Positions 1-7,200 of a stretch of 8,628 bases of DNA are shown in pieces. The position numbers and the translations under genes are program-made. This DNA is from Candidatus Heimdallarchaeota archaeon (GTDB lineage Archaea > Asgardarchaeota > Heimdallarchaeia > JABLTI01). Each line of letters begins with the position of its first letter. Position 1 is the first letter of the stretch. The stretch covers positions 1 through 8,628 of the forward strand of contig JAUWKS010000097.1 of NCBI GenBank assembly GCA_030614005.1. The letters run 5' to 3'. The notes below the pieces were generated by a model, which worked only from the letters and a program-made list of their open reading frames with translations, was not told the origin of the DNA and searched no databases.

Positions 1-2
1 AT

Positions 3-1535
3 ACAGGTAAAGATTTTATTTACTCTGATAATTTCACTGAACCTTTACAGGACTATTTAGAAAAAACAGGTCAGATAGACAGCGAAGGAAATAAGCTAAC
101 TACTAATACAGAATCAAGTGGTAGATATCATTCTGATTGGTTAAATTTTATGTATCCAAGATTATTTTTCGCTAGACATTTTTTGTCTGATGATGGGGTA
201 ATCTATGTTTCAATAGGCAATCAAGAAATCCATCATCTTCGAATTATCATGGATGAAATCTTTGGTGAAGAGAACTTCATTGCTCAATTAATTTGGGAAA
301 ATAAAGAAGGCGGTGGAAGCTCTGATAGTAAACATTTCAAAGTCAAGCACGAGTATATTTTAGCTTATGCAAAGAGCAAGCCACTTTTAACTATTAGTGG
401 GATTTCAATTGACGATGAAGATAGGTACACTCAAGAAGACGAGTTTGTTGAAAAAAGAGGTAAATATCAATTGATTAAATTAAATAGTGCAAGCATACAA
501 TACTCTCAATCCTTAGACTATGTAATCAAATCTCCAGATAATACAGATATTGTTCCCAGCTATGGAAAGAAACGTGCTTGTTGGCGTTGGTCTAAAAACA
601 AGTTTGAGTGGGGTATTAAAAATAAATTTATTGTCATCAAACGAGATAGACGTGGGGAATGGGCAGTTTATTCTAAACAATATTTGAAAGTTGATAATGA
701 AAATAAACCTTATGATAGAAAGAAAAGACCACCTGGTGTGATTTCAGATTATTCAAGTACAATGGCAACAAAGCATCTCGAAGATTTATTTGGTGGACTG
801 AAAGTATTTGATTATTCTAAACCATACCAGCTTATAAAACATTTAATAACAGTATCCACTGGTAAAAATGATTTAATTCTTGACTTTTTTGCTGGTAGTG
901 GAACAACTGCTGAAGCTGTTTTTGAAAATAATAAAGAAGATGGAGGAAATAGACGTTTTATACTTATCAATCTAGAAGAAGAAACATTGGATGAGAATAT
1001 TAAAAAAATTTATCCATTTGTTACAGATATTTGTGCGGAAAGATTGAGACGAATTTTTCAAAAAATTAATTCTGGAGAACAGAAATTACTCTTTCAATTG
1101 GATACAGGTTTCAGAGTATTCAAGCTCTCTCAGTCTAATCTAAATTTGAAGGGAGAATTTCAATTTGATGAAAGTGAAGACTCAAAGATACTAAAGAAGA
1201 AATACTTAGAGAGTCTAGGGCTGTGGTTAGAGGAACCACTTATTGGGGATTGGAAAGGCTTGGATGTAATCTATGAGTTAATACTAAAGAATGGTTTTGA
1301 TTTGCATTCAACAATTACTGAACTAGAAATAAAGGGTTCAAAATTCTTCAATATCACTGATACAAAATACGGTTCTGATTTCTATGTAACACTAGAAAGC
1401 TCAATTTCTAAAGAAGCAATCGAAGAAATAAGATCTGAAACATTTAGAAACAAGCTATTTATTTTTCTGGACAAAGCACTTACTGATAGCGATAAGATCA
1501 ATTTAGGTGCCTTTGTAAAACTGAAGGTGATTTAA
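3..1535 (+). CDS. mod: Type III restriction-modification methyltransferase (Mod subunit, beta-class amino-MTase), 5'-truncated by the window edge
   Basis: The frame of the 150..1535 ORF has no stop back to base 3 and reads TGKDFIYSDNF...SGRYHSDWLNFMYPRL, the segment that follows DPPYN (motif IV) in Type III Mod proteins; DPPY itself would lie just off-window. The SAM-binding motif I DFFAGSGTT is at 882..908. It has the Mod-type C-terminal tail (DTGFRVFKL...) and sits 1 bp upstream of res. ATG 150 is an internal Met. Confidence 0.95.
   Translation, partial: TGKDFIYSDNFTEPLQDYLEKTGQIDSEGNKLTTNTESSGRYHSDWLNFMYPRLFFARHFLSDDGVIYVSIGNQEIHHLRIIMDEIFGEENFIAQLIWENKEGGGSSDSKHFKVKHEYILAYAKSKPLLTISGISIDDEDRYTQEDEFVEKRGKYQLIKLNSASIQYSQSLDYVIKSPDNTDIVPSYGKKRACWRWSKNKFEWGIKNKFIVIKRDRRGEWAVYSKQYLKVDNENKPYDRKKRPPGVISDYSSTMATKHLEDLFGGLKVFDYSKPYQLIKHLITVSTGKNDLILDFFAGSGTTAEAVFENNKEDGGNRRFILINLEEETLDENIKKIYPFVTDICAERLRRIFQKINSGEQKLLFQLDTGFRVFKLSQSNLNLKGEFQFDESEDSKILKKKYLESLGLWLEEPLIGDWKGLDVIYELILKNGFDLHSTITELEIKGSKFFNITDTKYGSDFYVTLESSISKEAIEEIRSETFRNKLFIFLDKALTDSDKINLGAFVKLKVI
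378..779 (+). other. Approximate target recognition domain (TRD) of Mod
   Basis: Segment between the conserved KHEYILAYAK block and the FDYSKPYQLIKHLI/motif I block, which is where beta-class Mod proteins carry the variable TRD; contains the basic/aromatic CWRWSKNKF. Boundaries are approximate. Confidence 0.65.
1525..1531 (+). promoter_or_regulatory. Shine-Dalgarno-like ribosome binding site for res, embedded in the last codons of mod
   Basis: AGGTGAT is complementary to the conserved 16S 3' tail (AUCACCU) and ends 5 nt before ATG 1537. The junction reads AAG GTG ATT TAA A ATG. Confidence 0.6.
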
Positions 1536-1536
1536 A

Positions 1537-4146
1537 ATGACGTTGGAATTTAAATTTGATCCAAATTTGGATTATCAGAGAGATGCCATTAATTCTGTCA
1601 TTGATTTATTTAATGGCCAAATTAAGCAACAACAAGAATTTACTTTTCTAGTTAAACCAAATATCCTAACATTATCTTATGAGGATATCCTTAGCAATGT
1701 GCAAGAAATAAGAAAAAGGAATGGATTAGCAGATTTAGGACAAATTGAATTCTCCTCTGCAGAAAATCTAGATAGCATTTTACAATTTACCATTGAGATG
1801 GAAACAGGGACAGGTAAGACGTATGTTTATTTGAGAACGATTTTCGAACTCAAAATGAAATATGGTTTTACAAAGTTCATTATTGTTGTTCCTTCTGTCG
1901 CAATTAAAGAAGGTGTTCTCAAAACTTTTGAGATAACTAGAAGTCACTTTAAAGGTCTCTATGAGAATCCTCCATATATTTCATTTGTTTACAGTTCAGG
2001 AAATTTGGCAGAAATTAGAATGTTTGCTCAAGATACCAATCTTCAAATAATGATCATTACTCGAGATGCTTTTAACAAAGACAAAAATATCATTCATAAT
2101 GTCAATGATCGAATGGGAGACAAACCCATTGAGCTAATCAAAAGAACTAATCCTATTGTTATTTTAGATGAACCTCACAAAATGGGTGGTGGCTCTTCCG
2201 AGTGGGGGATATCAGAACTCAATCCTCTGTTAATTTTGCGTTATTCAGCTACACACAAGGAGTTCTATAATTTACTTTATAGATTAAGTCCTTCTGATGC
2301 ATATAGTGAAGGATTGGTTAAGAAGATTGAAGTACTCTCAGTTACAGAAGATAGTGATCCGAGAAGTAAAAGGATAAATCTGGAAAAAATTAATTCGATT
2401 AGTACTGGACTTAGAGCCAAAGTCAAAGTCTTTGTAAAGGAAAATGCTGGAATTAAGCAAAAAAGCAAAACATTGAAGGATAGCAGTGATTTAGAAGAAG
2501 TAACAAAGAATCCCTATTATAATGGTTTTATTGTTAGCGAAATAAACAAGGGTTCTGGATACCTTGAATTTTCTAATGGTGTTAGAATTTTTGAAGGTAA
2601 ATCGTCCATTGATGATGATGCAGTAATTCGAACTATGATTCGTGAAACCATTAGGGAACATCTTGACAGAAAAAAGAAACACAATCACCTTGGAATTAAA
2701 GCTCTAAGTTTGTTTTTTATCAATAGAGTTGATGATTATCTTCCCGAAGACAGTGTATTGAGAAAAACCTTCACAGAGGAATTTGCAAATTTAATAAAAA
2801 GTGATTTTACGGAATATAAGGATCTTGATCCTGCAATAATTCACAAAGGCTATTTCTCAAAAATGAGAACGGTGAAAAGTATCGAAAGAGATCAAGATGC
2901 TTACAATCTTATTATGAAAGATAAGGAAAGATTACTATCTCTAGATGAACCTGTCGAATTTATTTTCTCACATTCAGCTTTACGAGAAGGTTGGGATAAT
3001 CCCAATGTATTTGTAATTTGTACTCTTTCGTATTCTTTTTCTGAAATAAAGAAACGGCAAGAAATTGGCAGAGGTTTAAGATTACCAGTCAATAGTTCAG
3101 GTGAGCGTATTCATGATCGGGAAAAAAATATCCTAACTGTAATTACAAATGAAACATATCGTGATTATGTAGAGCACTTGCAAGCAGAATTTCATGAAGA
3201 GGGATTGGAAGCTCCACCAACACCCGAGAATAGAGCTAAACGAAAGACTCTTAGCTTGACACAAGAAGTATTCAATAGTAAAATATTCAAAACACTATGG
3301 CAGAAAATTTCTAAGAAAGCTAAATACATCGTTGACATTAATAAGGAAGAATTTATCAAAAACTGTACAAAAGCTATCAATGAAATAGAGGGTATTGAGG
3401 ATCGCAAAATTTCAATAAGAAAAGTCAAAATTGAAAGTTTAGGCTCTGAAACTACTATTAAACACGATGGTGTAAAATCAAAGAGCATAAAACAAACAAG
3501 TGTCTTTAACATCGTAAACCATATTGAAAATGAAACAAATTTGACTAGATCAACTATTCTAGAAGTTATAAGTAAAGTAGACAATCTTGAGTTATTTTTC
3601 AAAAATCCACAGACCTACACAGAAAAGGTTATTCGAATTATCAAACATCAGCTAAAGCTAAGCTCAGTTCAAAATATCCAATATGTAGAACTGGATGAAA
3701 AATTCGATGCAAATCTTTTCAATCAAGAAATCCATTCTTACGAAGGTAAAATAGCTACTCTAAGTAATCAGAAAACGCTTTACAAACAAAAAGATAATGG
3801 TGATAGTGTAATCATTTATGACAGCATTATTGAATCAGATTTTGCAAAAGCACTCGATAGAGATTCCAGAATTAAGCTCTTTCTCAAATTACCTGATTGG
3901 TTTAAACTTTCCACTCCAGCGGGCAAGTATAATCCAGATTGGGCTATTTTTGTTGAGAAAACTGTTGATGCTGAGAAATTCTCTATTTATTTCGTTGTTG
4001 AAACTAAAGGCAGCAACGATTTTAACAGTCTTAGGACGGATGAGCAGCTAAAAATTACTTGTGCTAAAAAACGCTATGAAATAGTTAGTGAAGTAAATTT
4101 CCTAGCACCAATAAAGGACTTTGAAACAATGGAACAGCGAATGTAG
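1537..4146 (+). CDS. res: Type III restriction endonuclease (Res subunit): SF2 helicase-like ATPase plus C-terminal PD-(D/E)xK nuclease, 869 aa
   Basis: Q-motif region LDYQRDAI, Walker A METGTGKT (1798..1821), DEPH box (2167..2178), YSAT motif III, LREGWDNPN (starting 2980), QEIGRGLRL motif VI (3058..3084), nuclease motifs YNPDW (3928..3942) and VETKG (3997..4011). Directly downstream of mod. Confidence 0.96.
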   Translation: MTLEFKFDPNLDYQRDAINSVIDLFNGQIKQQQEFTFLVKPNILTLSYEDILSNVQEIRKRNGLADLGQIEFSSAENLDSILQFTIEMETGTGKTYVYLRTIFELKMKYGFTKFIIVVPSVAIKEGVLKTFEITRSHFKGLYENPPYISFVYSSGNLAEIRMFAQDTNLQIMIITRDAFNKDKNIIHNVNDRMGDKPIELIKRTNPIVILDEPHKMGGGSSEWGISELNPLLILRYSATHKEFYNLLYRLSPSDAYSEGLVKKIEVLSVTEDSDPRSKRINLEKINSISTGLRAKVKVFVKENAGIKQKSKTLKDSSDLEEVTKNPYYNGFIVSEINKGSGYLEFSNGVRIFEGKSSIDDDAVIRTMIRETIREHLDRKKKHNHLGIKALSLFFINRVDDYLPEDSVLRKTFTEEFANLIKSDFTEYKDLDPAIIHKGYFSKMRTVKSIERDQDAYNLIMKDKERLLSLDEPVEFIFSHSALREGWDNPNVFVICTLSYSFSEIKKRQEIGRGLRLPVNSSGERIHDREKNILTVITNETYRDYVEHLQAEFHEEGLEAPPTPENRAKRKTLSLTQEVFNSKIFKTLWQKISKKAKYIVDINKEEFIKNCTKAINEIEGIEDRKISIRKVKIESLGSETTIKHDGVKSKSIKQTSVFNIVNHIENETNLTRSTILEVISKVDNLELFFKNPQTYTEKVIRIIKHQLKLSSVQNIQYVELDEKFDANLFNQEIHSYEGKIATLSNQKTLYKQKDNGDSVIIYDSIIESDFAKALDRDSRIKLFLKLPDWFKLSTPAGKYNPDWAIFVEKTVDAEKFSIYFVVETKGSNDFNSLRTDEQLKITCAKKRYEIVSEVNFLAPIKDFETMEQRM

Positions 4147-4148
4147 AG

Positions 4149-4154
4149 TTTTTT
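4149..4154 (+). terminator. Possible oligo-T terminator immediately after the res stop codon
   Basis: A run of six T begins 2 nt after TAG 4146 with no preceding hairpin. Such runs also arise by chance at this AT content. Confidence 0.3.
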
Positions 4155-4157
4155 CTT

Positions 4158-4189
4158 AGGTCAGGGGTTTAAATCCCCATACGCTACCA
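4158..4189 (+). pseudogene. Degenerate tRNA 3'-half remnant, candidate att site of a tRNA-targeting integrative element
   Basis: AGGTC (variable-loop-like) AGGGG TTTAAAT CCCCA (T-arm-like; the loop differs from TTCAAAT at one base) TACGCT A CCA. The stretch from T-loop to CCA is 1 nt shorter than canonical, and no D-arm or anticodon arm lies upstream. Confidence 0.7.
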
Positions 4190-4199
4190 TAAATACTAC

Positions 4200-4206
4200 T
4201 TTTTTT
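4200..4206 (+). terminator. T7 run downstream of the tRNA-like fragment; possible terminator of the original tRNA gene
   Basis: Seven consecutive T start 11 nt after the CCA at 4187..4189. Confidence 0.35.
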
Positions 4207-4226
4207 ATATAAACAGGGTTGAACAA

Positions 4227-7200
4227 TTATTCTTTCCAATGAAAAACAATGGGTTCATTTAAAATAGTTGTAATTTTGGACTTGTTACAAAAATGGTGAG
4301 TGTATTTCCTTATTTTCTCTGTATATTCCATTATTTGATGTCTTCTTGGTAAATAATCCAAGTAGTTTTCACTGCAAACTAGAACTGCTTTTGATTTTGC
4401 TCTAGACGTTAAAACATTAAACCTATTTAAATCATAAATAAATTCCTCTTCTGCTTTCAGTTGATCTTTATCAGATATTCCCATAGAAGCAATAATGATT
4501 CGTCTATCTGACCCTTGAAATTTTTCGACCGAAACGATAGCTCTTTTTAATGATCGCATCAATTCATCTTCAGTTAATTTATTTCGACTATCTTTTATTA
4601 AAAACTCAAAAATTTTGTTTATAATCATACGTCCTTGAGCGTTATGTGGTGCAACAATTCCAATCTCCTCTTCCCAGAAATCCTTCTGTTCTTCCTTTGT
4701 ACTTGGGTTACCCATTGAAAAATAACCAATTAATAATTCACTAGCTATTTTTGCTTCTAATTCACTTATAGTCGAATCTAGGTTATTTTTATGAACAATG
4801 CTACAAATAATTTTATCAGGATCAAGTACTTCCTTTACCCACTCATCTTTTATATTTTCTAAATTCCCTTCGATTTTACTATTTGCATTAGTGTGATGTG
4901 TTTTTAGGTTTCTATAAAAACCTAGACTTGCAGTATAATCCACTATTGCTTGATTTGAGCGATAATTGTTTTCTAGCTGTGTAGCATTCAATTGGTGACC
5001 ATTGAAATAATAATTGAACAAGCTTCCTAAAACAATTTCCAACTTTTTTGGTGGTTTGATTATCTTTACAGGTGGTAATTGATTATGATCACCTACAATA
5101 ACCACTTTTGTTAGGCAACTATAATCAATATCTTCATTAGGTGTCATTTCTGAAGCTATCTTTACAGGATCATCTCGAGATTTACCAATTAGAACCCCTG
5201 ATTTATCAATAAATGATATTGATTGATCTTTTACATATTGTAAACAAGACATGAAATAATCGATTGGAAACTGAGATGCTTCATCTATTATTATAAGATC
5301 AAACTCACTGAAATCTACTTCAAACTCATTTCCTTCAGCGTAATTATTTAATTCAGATAACTTGTACAATTGATGAGCATTACCAAAAAGAATGAAACTT
5401 TCATTTATTATTGATTGAGAGGAACGCTTCATTCGTTTGTAAGATTGTTCATTTATTTTCCAGCTGTTATTGTCTTTGTATAAGTTAAGTATGTTGTTAT
5501 TTGCTGTAATAAGCTCACTTGGTTCATATGATGATGAATGTAAGAATATCTTTTGTATAGATGCAGCTAGAGTTGGTTTTTCCTTAGTATTAGTGCTGTT
5601 CTGTAATTTCTCCAAAACAACATTCAATGCAGTATATGAGAAAGCTGAAATTAATATTTTTACAGGTCGATTACTATTTCTAATGAGAAATTCATCTATT
5701 AGAGAAACTATAGTCTCCGTTTTACCTGTCCCTGGCGGACCAATAATCATTGATATTGTATTTTCTAATGATGTTTTTATAGCTAATTCTTGTGAAAGAT
5801 CAGGTTTATTTTTAACATTGGTTAATAATTCTGGTGGTTCTAGTGTTTTTGTCTTTTGTAATATTTTAGGCATATAGAGATAGAGCTCTGGAGTTCTAAA
5901 AATAGATTCCATAGGATAATCTAACTCGTTACCCATACTCAAACTCCAATAATAAGTTAGTCTTTGAGCTAGCCAAGAAGTTCCGAAATTATTTCTTGTG
6001 AGTAATCCAGTATTATTTCTCATATTCCAAAGTTTGTTTGGCCAACTATCACTTGCATTAGGATAAAGATACCATGTCTCAGATAGAAAACCAAGCTTTT
6101 CTTGAGCTTGTTGAATTAGATTTCCGTAGTCTTCATTAGTTTTTATTTCATAGTACGAAGTTTCATTATTCTGTTTCTTTTTCCAATTCATTTCTTCAAT
6201 AATAACTTTCCAATCTCGAGGGAAAATTCTATCTCTCAGCTCAAAAGGAACAAGTAAAACATGATCTCCCTCTTTTAACTTAACATTGGTAGATAAATTA
6301 TGCAACTCAAATTCATATGAATATTTACTACTTCTTCCTGTTGGGATTTCATTGTTTGTTAAATTTATCACAGCAGCAGATTGCAACTTTGCAATACTGA
6401 AAAGTGGAAACATCGTTCGATAAAATTCTGCTTCATACTCACTTATTGCTCCATTTAATCTTGAATAAACATACCAAAAATTACTTATCAAATGAAAATC
6501 ATTTTCAAATCTTCTTCTCAACATTGAAGTTGAATCCGCAGGAATTATATTTCTTGAGACTAAAGTACCTGCTCTTAATTGGAAGTAGTTTCTTAATTTA
6601 TCTAATGTTCGTAATTTGTGTCTAATTTGTCTACTAATTTCATGTGCTTTTCTCTGTTTTGATGCTATTTCTTCTTCTACAAGAAAATCATCCCAAACTC
6701 CGAAATCCATATAATTGATATGTGGTAGCCAGAACATCCTATTGCTTTTAGAATTTAACAGTTCTTTTGCTGATTCATGCCAAGTATAATTGACAACAGT
6801 GTTAGGTAAACCAACAATTGTTTCAGCAAAAACACATAAATCATAGAGTTTCTTATGCTGAAAAGGATCTTTAACATCAGATTCGGAAGATGAGATAAAA
6901 GCTGACAGTTCAAGAAGCAATGGTTTAATCTGATTATCCATCAACACCAATTGAAGATTTCTTTCAATTAGCTCTTCAAGAAATGTTAATTGATTAGCAG
7001 ACCAATAGAAAATGGCTAGATTTGGTTTTTGTATTCGATTTCTCTCATCTGGTTCACTGCTAATGTAATTCTCCATGATATTACAAAAGGAGACTAGTAA
7101 GTGAAGAGTTTTCAATATTTGCTTTGTTAGATTAGCTTCATCAATATCTGTTACTCCTTGGTTCAAGAAGTTACACCAATATTCAACTGTTGTAAAATTA

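Noticed and set aside
210-227. Mod motif reads SIGNQE instead of the common SIDDNE
   Set aside because: This block tolerates variation, the Glu is retained and flanking motifs are intact, so there is no basis to call loss of function.
1-1535. Phase-variation repeats in mod
   Set aside because: Only 6-7 nt A/T runs are visible, which is normal at this composition; no tandem repeat tract in the visible part.
2277-3602. Four short minus-strand ORFs (2277..2468, 2491..2688, 2901..3092, 3192..3602)
   Set aside because: All lie antisense within res, have no recognisable motifs and show the Leu/Ser/Phe/Ile-rich composition expected from the reverse complement of an A-rich gene.
3818-4051. 77-aa plus-strand ORF in an alternative frame of res
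   Set aside because: It overlaps the conserved res nuclease domain out of frame, with no motif or clear ribosome binding site.
1537-4146. Res at 869 aa is shorter than EcoP15I-type Res
   Set aside because: All helicase and nuclease motifs are present in order and the gene has a clean start and stop; the length alone does not indicate truncation.
4164-4178. GGGG-TTTAAAT-CCCC as a bidirectional intrinsic terminator hairpin
   Set aside because: The stem is only 4 bp with no adjacent U-tract on either strand; the flanking AGGTC and CCA fit a tRNA T-arm better. A secondary terminator role is not excluded.
4214-4223. CAGGGTTGAA loosely resembles 4162..4172 and might be a second att remnant
   Set aside because: Too short, with no complementary stem half or CCA after it; consistent with chance.
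5470-6625. Plus-strand ORFs 5470..5877 and 6404..6625
   Set aside because: Antisense shadows of the large helicase gene; the first overlaps Walker A. No independent coding evidence.
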